Origin: a candidate division Zixibacteria bacterium RBG_16_53_22
GTDB lineage: Bacteria > Zixibacteria > MSB-5A5 > UBA10806
Reading direction: 5' to 3'
NCBI GenBank assembly: GCA_001775395.1
Contig: MEWP01000160.1
Coordinates: forward strand, 266 to 64,265
Length of the DNA stretch: 64,000 bases
In this document: one piece after another, positions 20,363 through 29,554 of the stretch
Layout: every line of letters starts with the position of its first letter
Position numbering within the stretch: the first letter of the stretch is position 1
The notes under the pieces: generated by a model
Databases searched by the model: none
What the model saw: the letters and a program-made list of their open reading frames with translations, nothing else
What the model was told of the DNA's origin: nothing
Program-made: the position numbers and the translations under genes

Positions 20363-20758
20363 ATGTGGAATAGTGATCCCAACATGGGTGTAGTTTTGAT
20401 AGTGGCTATATCGATGGCGGGTCTGGCGGCCGTACCGATCATGATAGCGACTCTTATTGCCAACAATGCCAAGAAGAAACGCGAGTCTGATTTGATCCGC
20501 CTGGCAATAGAGAAAGGGATGCCGGTGCCGGATTTCACTGAACGTATCAGCCGCTATGGAACGCTGAAGGCGGGATTGATCTGGATCGCCATTGGAGCCG
20601 GCTTTATGTTGATGGTAGCTTTTTCAGTTGATAGCAATAGCGAGGGAATATCGTTGGGATTCATACCAATATTAATCGGGTTGGCGCTTTGTATCAGTTG
20701 GTATCTCGAGGTTCGATATCAGGATAGAAAGGAGGCGCGGCCCAACATCAATACTTAG
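20363..20758 (+). CDS. Small membrane protein, hypothetical
   Basis: 131 aa; three hydrophobic segments. Confidence 0.45.
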   Translation: MWNSDPNMGVVLIVAISMAGLAAVPIMIATLIANNAKKKRESDLIRLAIEKGMPVPDFTERISRYGTLKAGLIWIAIGAGFMLMVAFSVDSNSEGISLGFIPILIGLALCISWYLEVRYQDRKEARPNINT

Positions 20759-20770
20759 GAAATCTGGCTT

Positions 20771-22114
20771 CTAAATCTGTTTCGTTTTCCAGGAGCCGGT
20801 CCTAAACCAGATTAGGACTGCCATGCCCTTGATTATGGTCGAGATGGTTATGGCCCAGAATATGCCCAGGGGACCCAAGCCGAGCGGGATTGCCATGAAA
20901 TAGGCCAGAGGTATCCGGATGAGAGTGCCGGGAATAGAAACCACCATCGGCGGGATGGTATTGCCGGCCCCGGCGAAAGCCCCCTCGAGCACGAATTCAA
21001 GCGCCATGAAAACCTGCGACAGCGCAATGATCCTGAGATAATAGCCGGAAAATTTTATGACCTCGGTGTCGCCGGTCAACATCGAGGTTATCTTTTCGGC
21101 GAAAGTGAAGAATATCACGCCATAGACAAATGTGATGGCCGCGATAATTCCCAGCGTCGTCCAGGCGGCTTTCTCGGCGCGGTCCGGCTGTTTCGCCCCG
21201 AGATTCTGACCAACCATGGCGGAGGCCGCGATGTAGAAGCCGAAACATGTCATATACGAGATCGATTCGGCCCGGTTGCCCACCGGAATCGAGGCCACTG
21301 CGGTGGTGCCGAACTCCGACATTATCCTGGTCATGCCGAGGTAAACCAGAGCGAAATTTATCGACGCCAGGGACGCGGGAAGGCCAATTTTGAGAAGCCG
21401 GGCGATCACATTGATGTCGAGGTCCCCCAGGGTTCTGGGAATAATCCTGAAAGGGAGTCGCCCTCGAAGAACGAAAATCAAGGCAACAAAAAAAGATACC
21501 GTATGGGCGATCGTTGTGGCGATGGCGGCCCCCATCGTCTCCAAACGCGGGAATATCCAGATTCCATATATCAGCAGTATATCCAGGATAATGTTGGTCA
21601 CGACTGCCGTAATCATCACGATCATCGGGGTTGACGTATCGCCCACGGCCCTGAAAATGGCCCCGGCAACCTCTGCCAGGAATAACACCGGCACCGCCAT
21701 GAACACTATCCTGAGATAGACTCGGCCCATTTGCTCGACTTGCGGCTCCAGGCGGAGAAGATGCAGTATATTTCCAGAAAAAGTGATTCCGATGATCGAG
21801 AGGGCGATCGCGAAATAGAATGCGAATTTGAGTATCTGCATGGAGTTTTCCGACGCGGCCTCGAGTTCTCCCGCGCCATAATGACGAGAGACAATAGCCA
21901 TCGTGCCCACCCCGAATAAATCCATGAGGGAGAAAATCATCCATACAATAAATCCGGCCGAACCGACCGCGGCCACCTGGGCCGCGCCCAGGTGGCCCAC
22001 CAATCCGGTGTCGATTAGGTTGTTTACCACAATGGCAAACATTGAAAAGACGGCGGGGATGGCGAGTGCCATCACATGTCGAGGAATTGAACCTTGTGTA
22101 AGATCTCTTGCCAT
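20771..22114 (-). CDS. MATE-family multidrug/oligosaccharide efflux transporter
   Basis: 447 aa, 12 TM; N-terminal MATE pattern LAIPAVFSMFAIVVNNLIDTGLVGHLG. Confidence 0.9.
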   Translation of the reverse strand: MARDLTQGSIPRHVMALAIPAVFSMFAIVVNNLIDTGLVGHLGAAQVAAVGSAGFIVWMIFSLMDLFGVGTMAIVSRHYGAGELEAASENSMQILKFAFYFAIALSIIGITFSGNILHLLRLEPQVEQMGRVYLRIVFMAVPVLFLAEVAGAIFRAVGDTSTPMIVMITAVVTNIILDILLIYGIWIFPRLETMGAAIATTIAHTVSFFVALIFVLRGRLPFRIIPRTLGDLDINVIARLLKIGLPASLASINFALVYLGMTRIMSEFGTTAVASIPVGNRAESISYMTCFGFYIAASAMVGQNLGAKQPDRAEKAAWTTLGIIAAITFVYGVIFFTFAEKITSMLTGDTEVIKFSGYYLRIIALSQVFMALEFVLEGAFAGAGNTIPPMVVSIPGTLIRIPLAYFMAIPLGLGPLGIFWAITISTIIKGMAVLIWFRTGSWKTKQI

Positions 22115-22207
22115 GAATTAAAAAATGCCCCGGAAAAATATCGGCGCATTTCTCCAAAATCAAGATTGAATTACGAATATCGGAATTTATTGTTGCAGCA
22201 CTGATTC

Positions 22208-22855
22208 CTAAGCTGTCGGTTTGTCATTTGTCGGTTTCGGCCTGGGATAATATGTTGAAACCGGGTGAAAAGTCCTTCGATGAATCAGGCAGGGCCCATG
22301 CTCAAATAAATTTGCCAGATGCTCCGGCGTGCCGTAACCCTTGTGCTTTCCGAAACCGTATGCGGGGTACAGCCCCGAATATTCGAGCATGAGTTGATCG
22401 CGATAGGTCTTGGCCATGATGGATGCAGCCGATATGCACGGCTCTGATTTATCGCCACCGACAAGGGCCTGTTGCTTGAACGTAAGTCCCGGCAGTGGGT
22501 GACGGCCATCGACAAGGACGATTTCCGGCTCGACTCCGAGCGCCTCTATTGCCCGCCTCATCGCCAGAAACGACGCCTGCAGAATGTTGATTTTGTCGAT
22601 TATCTCATGGCCCACCACACCGATTCCCCATAGGCAGGATGAGTCTAATAGTCTCTCTCGTTGCTCTTGGCGCCGAGCCGGAGTCAGGCTCTTGGAATCA
22701 CGGATACCCTTGGTATCAAATCCGTCGCATAAGATAACGGCGGCTGCGACCACCGGCCCGGCCAGCGGTCCGCGCCCCGCTTCATCGACCCCGCAAATCA
22801 ATTGCCCAATAAAACCGCGAGGCGATAGAGTGTCCGCCTGCGCCCTGCCGGGCAT
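22208..22855 (-). CDS. rnhB: Ribonuclease HII
   Basis: GVDEAGRGPLAGPVV catalytic DEAGRG motif; start set at internal Met (ORF extends to 22900). Confidence 0.85.
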   Translation of the reverse strand: MPGRAQADTLSPRGFIGQLICGVDEAGRGPLAGPVVAAAVILCDGFDTKGIRDSKSLTPARRQEQRERLLDSSCLWGIGVVGHEIIDKINILQASFLAMRRAIEALGVEPEIVLVDGRHPLPGLTFKQQALVGGDKSEPCISAASIMAKTYRDQLMLEYSGLYPAYGFGKHKGYGTPEHLANLFEHGPCLIHRRTFHPVSTYYPRPKPTNDKPTA

Positions 22856-22949
22856 ATGTTTCCAGCCGAATAGGCTGCTGTTATTTTGAGAGCTTTCCAT
22901 TTCGATAATCAGGTTTGCCCGTCATTATGATATTATCAAATATGAAAAA

Positions 22950-22990
22950 AAGCCTTAAAAAAATCAAAGGGCGCCAACTTGAACGCCCTC
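22950..22990 (-). terminator. Rho-independent terminator downstream of rplS
   Basis: Minus-strand hairpin GAGGGCG-ttcaagttgg-CGCCCT followed by TTTGATTTTTTT. Confidence 0.6.
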
Positions 22991-23027
22991 GAATATGCGT
23001 TTGGAAAAGCTGCCGATTTCCGCCTAA

Positions 23028-23375
23028 TTATTCTTCCTTTTTCTCGCCGATCCTGGCCTTCTTTCCTTTCAGGCTTCTGAGGTAATAAAGTTTCGAGCGT
23101 CGAACCCGGCCTTGCTTGATCATCTCGATCTTCGCGATATTCGGCGAATGAAGAGGGAACACCCTTTCTACTCCAACACCCGATGAGAGCTTGCGGACCG
23201 TGAAAGATTCGGATATGCCGCCGCCGGTCCTGGCAATAACCGTTCCCTGGAATACCTGGATCCTCTCCTTATCGCCTTCCTTGATCTTAACATGAACCCT
23301 GATGGTATCCCCCGGGGAGAATTCTATGATATCCGATTTCCGGTATTTGGCCTCGAGCGATTTTAGAACTGACAT
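23028..23375 (-). CDS. rplS: 50S ribosomal protein L19
   Basis: 115 aa; [31 protein letters not shown]. Confidence 0.95.
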   Translation of the reverse strand: MSVLKSLEAKYRKSDIIEFSPGDTIRVHVKIKEGDKERIQVFQGTVIARTGGGISESFTVRKLSSGVGVERVFPLHSPNIAKIEMIKQGRVRRSKLYYLRSLKGKKARIGEKKEE

Positions 23376-23388
23376 ACTATGATTCCTT

Positions 23389-24111
23389 TCAACTTACGTA
23401 TTCACCTAATATTTTTATCTCATCCTGACTCAAATCTCTCTTGGCGAAAAGATCCGGCCGACGCTCCCTGGTGCGAAAAAGGGCATTCCCCAGCCTCCAA
23501 CACCTGATTTTCTCGTGATGCCCCGATATCAGGATCTCAGGCACCCGGCGATTTTCGAAAATCTCCGGCCTGGTATACTCAATCGGCCCGAGCAGCCCCG
23601 AGAAGTGAGAATCCTCCGCGGCCGAGCCGAAATCTCTCATGGTGCCCGGCAGAAGTCTCAAGACGGCATCGGCGATAACCACCGCGGCATATTCCCCGCC
23701 GGTCAGCACATAATCGCCAATCGAGACCTCTCTCAATTTTGCGATTTCAATGGCTCTCTGGTCAACGCCTTTATAATGCCCGCAAACTATTAATATCCGT
23801 TCCCCGGCCGCAAGATCCGAGACAATCTCCTGATTCAAAAGCTGCCCGCCGGCCGAGGTTACGATCCTGACTGCCTTATTGTCCGGATCGATGGCGTTAA
23901 CCGCCGCGACAATCGGCTCCGGTTTCATGACCATACCGGGCCCGCCGCCGTACGGAATATCATCGACGACCTTGTGCTTATCCGACGTAAAATCCCGCAG
24001 GTCGTGGATATTGATTTCGAACAGGCCGCTTTGACGTCCGCGGCCAATCAGGCTCTCCGAAAGCGGCACATCCACCATACGCGGGAATATTGTTATGATG
24101 TCGATTCTCAT
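23389..24111 (-). CDS. trmD: tRNA (guanine37-N1)-methyltransferase
   Basis: 240 aa; [12 protein letters not shown]..., SPOUT fold motifs. Confidence 0.9.
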   Translation of the reverse strand: MRIDIITIFPRMVDVPLSESLIGRGRQSGLFEINIHDLRDFTSDKHKVVDDIPYGGGPGMVMKPEPIVAAVNAIDPDNKAVRIVTSAGGQLLNQEIVSDLAAGERILIVCGHYKGVDQRAIEIAKLREVSIGDYVLTGGEYAAVVIADAVLRLLPGTMRDFGSAAEDSHFSGLLGPIEYTRPEIFENRRVPEILISGHHEKIRCWRLGNALFRTRERRPDLFAKRDLSQDEIKILGEYVS

Positions 24112-24113
24112 AC

Positions 24114-24653
24114 TTAATAGAGGCCTGCAATCTTTCTTATGATAATCTTCTTGCCTCTGATATCAACGGAAACCACCACCGACTTGACAAACGGTACCAG
24201 TATTTCGCCGCGTTCGCCGTTAACAGTCAGGACATCATTGGCCGCGACATAATCGATGGCTGTCACCTTTCCCAGGTATGCCCCGCCGTCCTCAAAAACC
24301 TCGGAGCCCTCAATATCGAAATGATAATATTCATCCTCGTTCAGTGTTGCCAGGTTTTCAAGCTCGACCAGAACCTCGCCGCCTTGCCAGGCCAGGGCCG
24401 AATCCTCGTCATCGATTCCAGCCAGTTTCAGAGCGATTCTCCCCTTTAGCGGCCTGACAGCCTCGACCATGAATTCGCCGGTTCTATTTCCTTTCTGCAA
24501 GGTCACCACGCGCCCGACCGACAGGCTCTGCGTGTTAACCTTGTAAGGGACGACCGCCAACTCACCCTTAAAGCCTCGTGGCCTGGTAATATTCGCCACA
24601 GACACTTTCATCTCAGAATCGACGCGGATCCGGAAAAGCCGGCGGATCTTCAA
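24114..24653 (-). CDS. rimM: 16S rRNA processing protein RimM
   Basis: 179 aa; RimM N-terminal beta-barrel plus PRC barrel; conserved operon position. Confidence 0.8.
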   Translation of the reverse strand: MKIRRLFRIRVDSEMKVSVANITRPRGFKGELAVVPYKVNTQSLSVGRVVTLQKGNRTGEFMVEAVRPLKGRIALKLAGIDDEDSALAWQGGEVLVELENLATLNEDEYYHFDIEGSEVFEDGGAYLGKVTAIDYVAANDVLTVNGERGEILVPFVKSVVVSVDIRGKKIIIRKIAGLY

Positions 24654-24668
24654 TTATGCAGCGCTGTC

Positions 24669-24899
24669 CTATTCCAGAATCTCCAACAAGGCCCGCTTGC
24701 CCTTCTTGGCAGATACTGCGGAGATAAGCGTTCTTATAGCCTTAGCTGTCTGCCCCTTTCGGCCAATTACTTTACCAAGGTCATCCTGGTACACGCGGAG
24801 TTCATAGACCGTCGTCTTTTCGCCCTCGACCTCTGACACGCTTACCTGATCCGGATGGTCGACCAGCGCTCGTGCAATGAATTCGATAAACTCCTTCAC
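24669..24899 (-). CDS. KH-domain RNA-binding protein (YlqC family)
   Basis: 76 aa; [21 protein letters not shown] loop. Confidence 0.75.
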   Translation of the reverse strand: MKEFIEFIARALVDHPDQVSVSEVEGEKTTVYELRVYQDDLGKVIGRKGQTAKAIRTLISAVSAKKGKRALLEILE

Positions 24900-24946
24900 A
24901 ATGCCTCCTTAGTCTGCAGTGGAACGAGAGGTACTATAGGAAAAAT

Positions 24947-25291
24947 CTATTTGGATTCCTTAGCTTTTCTCTTTTTCGTTCTTTCCCTTATGGTCGTTTT
25001 TAGCTCGATCGCCGATACATCCTCGCCCTTTTTGCGCCGAGTCCATTTGTCCAACAGGCCGGTTTCCTTTAACAAGGAATTAACGGTGTCGGATGTTTCA
25101 GCGCCTTTTTCCAGCCAGCGGCAGATCCTGTCTTCCTCGAGGACCACTCGACCTGGCTTTTCAATTGGATGGTAATATCCCAATATTTCGATGAACCGCC
25201 CGTCGCGGGGCATGCGCGAATCGGTTGCGACCAGACGATAATATGGACGATTCCTGGAACCGGTACGGCGTAATCTGATTGTTACTGCCAC
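24947..25291 (-). CDS. rpsP: 30S ribosomal protein S16 (with C-terminal extension)
   Basis: MAVTIRLRRTGSRNRPYYRLVATDSRMPRDGRFIEILGYYHP. Confidence 0.9.
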   Translation of the reverse strand: MAVTIRLRRTGSRNRPYYRLVATDSRMPRDGRFIEILGYYHPIEKPGRVVLEEDRICRWLEKGAETSDTVNSLLKETGLLDKWTRRKKGEDVSAIELKTTIRERTKKRKAKESK

Positions 25292-25325
25292 TTATCCTCC
25301 TGCTTGACCTGTAACTCCTGGTTTT

Positions 25326-26633
25326 CTATGACGGGAATCCCTTGGGAAGGGATAGCCGCGAAAATTGCTTAATCATCTTCTGCATCGATGCGAACTGCTT
25401 TAATAGCATATTCACGTGCTGCACGGAAGTTCCCGAGCCGGCCGCGATTCTCCGCCTTCGAGAACCGTCGATAATGGATGGGTGAGTGCGCTCTTGCCGG
25501 GTCATGCTGTTTATTATAGCCTCGACCCGCGCCATTCCATTCTCATCGACAGTCACCCCTTTGAGCTGCTTGCCGACCCCGGGCAGCATCTCCAACAAGT
25601 TTTGAAGCGGGCCCATCTTCTTTATCTGTTTGAGCTGGGCAAGAAAATCCTCGAACGTGAAAGTCTCCTTGAGAAGCTTTTTCTCGAGCTTCTCGGCCTC
25701 GGCCAGGTCTATGACCTCCTGGGCCTTCTCTACAAATGATACGATGTCACCCATGCCCAGGATTCGCGATGATATCCGCGCAGGATGAAATTCCTCCACA
25801 TCGGCCGGCTTCTCGCCGGTGCCGATAAACTTGATCGGAATCCCCAGCGCGGCTTTCAAGGACATGGCGGCTCCACCCCTGGCGTCACCGTCCATCTTGG
25901 TCAGGACAGCGCCTGTCAGGCCTATACGCCTGTGAAACTCGGAGGCCACGTTGAGGGCCTCCTGCCCGGTCATGGCATCGGCCACGAAAAGGGTTTCATG
26001 CGCCGATACCGCCTTCTTGACATCGGCCAGTTCGATCATGAGCGCATCATCTATCTGCAGTCGCCCGGCCGTATCTATAATGACCAGGTCGAACAAATTC
26101 TCCCTGGCTTGCGCAATTGCGCCCCTGGCGATATCGGGCGCGCCGGCCTCAGCCGTGTAAAAGGGGATTTGGATCGATTCGGCCAGCAGTTGAAGCTGTT
26201 TTTTAGCGGCGGGCCTGTGAATATCTGCCGCCACCAGCAGGGGATGATGCCCCTTTTTCCTGAGATAAAGGGCGAGTTTCCCCGCCAGTGTGGTCTTGCC
26301 CGAGCCCTGCAATCCGGCCAATATGATAACCGTCGGAGGGGTGCTCGAAATGGCCATATCCGAACGGGTGCCCCCCAGGAGGTTTACCATTTCGTCGTGA
26401 ATTATCTTGATAAGCTGCTGGCCGGGGGTGATCGATTTGGTGACCTCCTGGCCGATAGCTTTTTTCTCGATTTCGGCCACGAAGTTTTTCACGACCTTGT
26501 AGTTGACATCGGCCTCCAGCAGCGCCATGCGGATTTCCCGGCCGGCCTCCTGAATATTCTTCTCGGAGAGGTAGCCGCGTCCGGTCAGCTTCTTGAAAAT
26601 GCCGTCGAGTTTGTCTGTTATCTGTTCGAACAT
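25326..26633 (-). CDS. ffh: Signal recognition particle protein Ffh
   Basis: MFEQITDKL..., GLQGSGKTT GTPase, C-terminal M-domain; start set at internal Met (ORF to 26672). Confidence 0.9.
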   Translation of the reverse strand: MFEQITDKLDGIFKKLTGRGYLSEKNIQEAGREIRMALLEADVNYKVVKNFVAEIEKKAIGQEVTKSITPGQQLIKIIHDEMVNLLGGTRSDMAISSTPPTVIILAGLQGSGKTTLAGKLALYLRKKGHHPLLVAADIHRPAAKKQLQLLAESIQIPFYTAEAGAPDIARGAIAQARENLFDLVIIDTAGRLQIDDALMIELADVKKAVSAHETLFVADAMTGQEALNVASEFHRRIGLTGAVLTKMDGDARGGAAMSLKAALGIPIKFIGTGEKPADVEEFHPARISSRILGMGDIVSFVEKAQEVIDLAEAEKLEKKLLKETFTFEDFLAQLKQIKKMGPLQNLLEMLPGVGKQLKGVTVDENGMARVEAIINSMTRQERTHPSIIDGSRRRRIAAGSGTSVQHVNMLLKQFASMQKMIKQFSRLSLPKGFPS

Positions 26634-26816
26634 ATCGCCCAAGTATCTGAAAGAATTATACGCCACAGCCAAATGGGAAAATTGCCAAAATCATCCCTTG
26701 TGCTAATTGGCTAAACCGATAAGATATAAGTTTTTGAACAATTCGCAATAGCAAATTATGCAGTATTTTGTCTTGACGATCCGACAGATCCGGCTCTATC
26801 ACAGGCCATTTTGACG

Positions 26817-27470
26817 TCAGCCCACCCTGAGCGAGTTGATCGCCGCCCTGTAATCCCGTGACCCAAAAATATATTCGCCGGCCACGATTATCGTTGCGCC
26901 GCCGGAAACGGCTGTCATTACCGTCCGCTCGTTCAAGCCCCCATCGACTTCAATCGCGAAATGGTAATCGTTGTCGGCCTTGAGCCGGGCGGCCTCGGCA
27001 ATCTTGGCGGTCACGCTTTCGATATATTCCTGGCCCCCGAATCCCGGATAAACTGTCATGATGAGCAAAATATCGATCATGTCGAGATAATCAGACACTG
27101 ATTCGAGAGGGGTGTCCGGCTTGATACTGAGCCCGAACGACTTAAAATGGCTTTTGACCATATCGAACAACTGCGGCACCGGGACAGTAACCTCAGAATG
27201 GACCGTTATATTATCGGCGCCGGCACTGATGAATTTCTCGATAAAGGTCTGCGGATTATCCAGCATGAGATGAACGTCGAGCGGCAAACGCGTGATGCCG
27301 CGAATCGACTTGACGAGCTTGGGGCCGAATGTCAGATTGGGCACGAAATGACCGTCCATGATATCGACATGGAGCCAATCGGCGCCGGCCTTTTCGACCG
27401 CCTTGATTTCGTCCTCCAGATGGAGAAAATCGGCCGAGAGAACGGAGGGCGCGACAATAATCCCGCTCAT
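26817..27470 (-). CDS. rpe: Ribulose-phosphate 3-epimerase
   Basis: IVAPSVLSADFLHLEDEI...LHVDIMDGHFVPNLTFG. Confidence 0.9.
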   Translation of the reverse strand: MSGIIVAPSVLSADFLHLEDEIKAVEKAGADWLHVDIMDGHFVPNLTFGPKLVKSIRGITRLPLDVHLMLDNPQTFIEKFISAGADNITVHSEVTVPVPQLFDMVKSHFKSFGLSIKPDTPLESVSDYLDMIDILLIMTVYPGFGGQEYIESVTAKIAEAARLKADNDYHFAIEVDGGLNERTVMTAVSGGATIIVAGEYIFGSRDYRAAINSLRVG

Positions 27471-27471
27471 G

Positions 27472-28221
27472 TTATTCCGTAGCCGAGACGGTGAACTCAA
27501 TGGTGCTCCACTTCTTGACTTCCCGCCCCGGTGAGACAGACTGGCTCATGATGGTTTCGGGCAGGAGATCGTCATTGACCGAGTAATTTATCCCCGCGAC
27601 AAGCAGAAAGTTGTCTTGCGCCAGGGAGCGGGCTTTGTCAAGGTCGAGGCCGACGAAGTTCGGCACGCGAATCATCATCTCGGTCTCGATCCGATTTACA
27701 ATCAATTGCACATCGGCATTGAGGCGCATGACCGTGCCGGCGGCAGGCATGGAGTTTATTATAACGCCGTCAGGCAAATCCAAATCGGTGTGCCAGATGA
27801 TCTCGCCTGGTACCAGACCCTCGCGTTCAAGCATCATGCGGGCCTCGCGCAGCGTAAAACCTTCGAGTTCAGGCACGATGGCCGAGGCGGAGCCTTTGCT
27901 GATTGTCAGAATCACTTTCCGGCCGCTTTTAACCTTGGAGCCACCCCCGGGTATTTGAAGGATGATCGTTCCTTTGGGACGCTTGGAATCGTACTCTTCG
28001 CTGCCGATCATGAATTTCAGGTCAGCCTCCCTAAGCCGCGCCTCGGCTGCCTGGAGGGACAGATCGACCACATTGGGGATCTCGACCTCGGACTCCTGCC
28101 TGGTGAATATCGGCATCACCATCGCATCGACTATCATCAACAACAAGATCAAGCCACCAATGAAAATGGCGGCCGCGATCAGTATATCCGAGATGAGCTC
28201 CTTGCTGATTTTAATTTTCAT
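27472..28221 (-). CDS. Membrane-anchored PASTA-domain protein with about three PASTA repeats and no kinase domain
   Basis: 249 aa; N-terminal TM helix then repeated PASTA-like units (PNVVDLSLQAAEARLREADLKF..., VPELEGFTLREARMMLEREGLVPG..., VPNFVGLDLDKARSLAQDNFL...). Confidence 0.75.
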   Translation of the reverse strand: MKIKISKELISDILIAAAIFIGGLILLLMIVDAMVMPIFTRQESEVEIPNVVDLSLQAAEARLREADLKFMIGSEEYDSKRPKGTIILQIPGGGSKVKSGRKVILTISKGSASAIVPELEGFTLREARMMLEREGLVPGEIIWHTDLDLPDGVIINSMPAAGTVMRLNADVQLIVNRIETEMMIRVPNFVGLDLDKARSLAQDNFLLVAGINYSVNDDLLPETIMSQSVSPGREVKKWSTIEFTVSATE

Positions 28222-29554
28222 CGCCTTTCACCAGTAACGCGAAACCGCCCCCACCGATACCATGCTTGTGTGGCCAGGTGCGGTATAAAGAATCGGGTTC
28301 CTCAAACGGCTTCAGCATGTCATTTTTACTTCGCTCAGTCCTGAACTGCCTGTTATTTTTCAAAAAATCGGCAACAATATTTTCAATTTCGTCCGGCTCG
28401 GTTGTGCAGGTAGAATAGACGATCCTGCCGCCGTTCGCCGCGAGCTGGGCCGCTTTTTCAAGCATTTTCAATTGCAGCCGGGCCAGGGTTTTGATATCGC
28501 TTTCCTTCTTTGTCCACCTGATATCAACGTTGCTCCAGAGCGTGCCCAAACCGCTACAGGGGACATCGAGCAAAATATACCCGAATTTCCTCTCAGGCGC
28601 AAATTGTAAGACGTCATCGCATATAAATTCGACATTGGCTAATCCTGCCCGGGCGGCGGCCTGCTTGACGAATTCGAGCCGCTTGTAGTCTCTGTCGACC
28701 GAGACCACCTTGCCCTCGGGTCCGACAATATCGGCCAGGGCCACGGTTTTCCCTCCAGGGGCCGAACATAGATCGAGAACAACGGCGCCTTTCGTGGGAT
28801 CGAGCAGTTGAATCGGAAGGCCCTGGGATTCATCCTGGGCGATCAGGCGGCCTTGGTGGAACGGCTCGGAATTGAGAATTTCATAGACCTGGGTGGAAGA
28901 GAAATATCCGGGCATGAATTTCCCTGGCTCGATAGTTATCCCCAACTCCCCGAGTGTCCGCAAGACTGATTCGGCGGAGGCTTCCCCGGCCAGCGTTTTG
29001 AAAAATACAGGTGGCCTTCGATTGAAAGCGATCATAATTCTTTCTGCCTCATCGAATCCGAGTCTTTTCAGCCACCTTTTCACGAGCCAATCAGGATATG
29101 AATAATAAGTCCCCAGGAATCGGCCTGGTTCGGCGGTTTTATCGGGGAATTTGGCCTTTTCCGGCTCACGGATATATGCTCTCAAGACCGCATTAACGAA
29201 TCCAGCGTCACGTTTCATGCCGGTTTCGGAGAGAAGGCCGACTGTCTCGTCGACCGCGGCGTACTGCGCGATGCCGGCCATTTCGGTCAGTTGATAAAGG
29301 CCGGTTCGAAGCGCCGCGACCACGCCCGGTTTCTGTTTGCCGATTGGGGCTTTCATAAAGGATTGAGCGACATAATCGAGCTTGCGCATATATTTTACAA
29401 CGCCCTTGGTGATTTCCCAGGCCAGGGCCCGGTCTCTTTCGGGAATTCCCGAGTGAGCCAGGTCATCGAGGATCCGGTCGAGATCGCCCTCCGTCTTCTG
29501 GAACTCCAGGAGCGCGGTCCAGGCAAGGCTTCTGGATAAGGTGCGGCCCTTCAT
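28211..29554 (-). CDS. rsmB: 16S rRNA (cytosine967-C5)-methyltransferase RsmB/Sun
   Basis: 447 aa; NusB-like N-domain plus SAM MTase motifs (DLCSAPGGKT, catalytic PCSGLG / TCT). Confidence 0.85.
   Translation of the reverse strand: MKGRTLSRSLAWTALLEFQKTEGDLDRILDDLAHSGIPERDRALAWEITKGVVKYMRKLDYVAQSFMKAPIGKQKPGVVAALRTGLYQLTEMAGIAQYAAVDETVGLLSETGMKRDAGFVNAVLRAYIREPEKAKFPDKTAEPGRFLGTYYSYPDWLVKRWLKRLGFDEAERIMIAFNRRPPVFFKTLAGEASAESVLRTLGELGITIEPGKFMPGYFSSTQVYEILNSEPFHQGRLIAQDESQGLPIQLLDPTKGAVVLDLCSAPGGKTVALADIVGPEGKVVSVDRDYKRLEFVKQAAARAGLANVEFICDDVLQFAPERKFGYILLDVPCSGLGTLWSNVDIRWTKKESDIKTLARLQLKMLEKAAQLAANGGRIVYSTCTTEPDEIENIVADFLKNNRQFRTERSKNDMLKPFEEPDSLYRTWPHKHGIGGGGFALLVKGDEN

Noticed and set aside
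20997-22163. 388-aa same-strand alternative-frame ORF over the MATE transporter gene
   Set aside because: Arg/Gly/His-rich low-complexity translation; the MATE frame has 12 coherent TM helices and family motifs.
25785-26714. 309-aa antisense ORF opposite ffh
   Set aside because: ffh frame carries SRP54 GTPase and M-domain motifs; the antisense frame has none.
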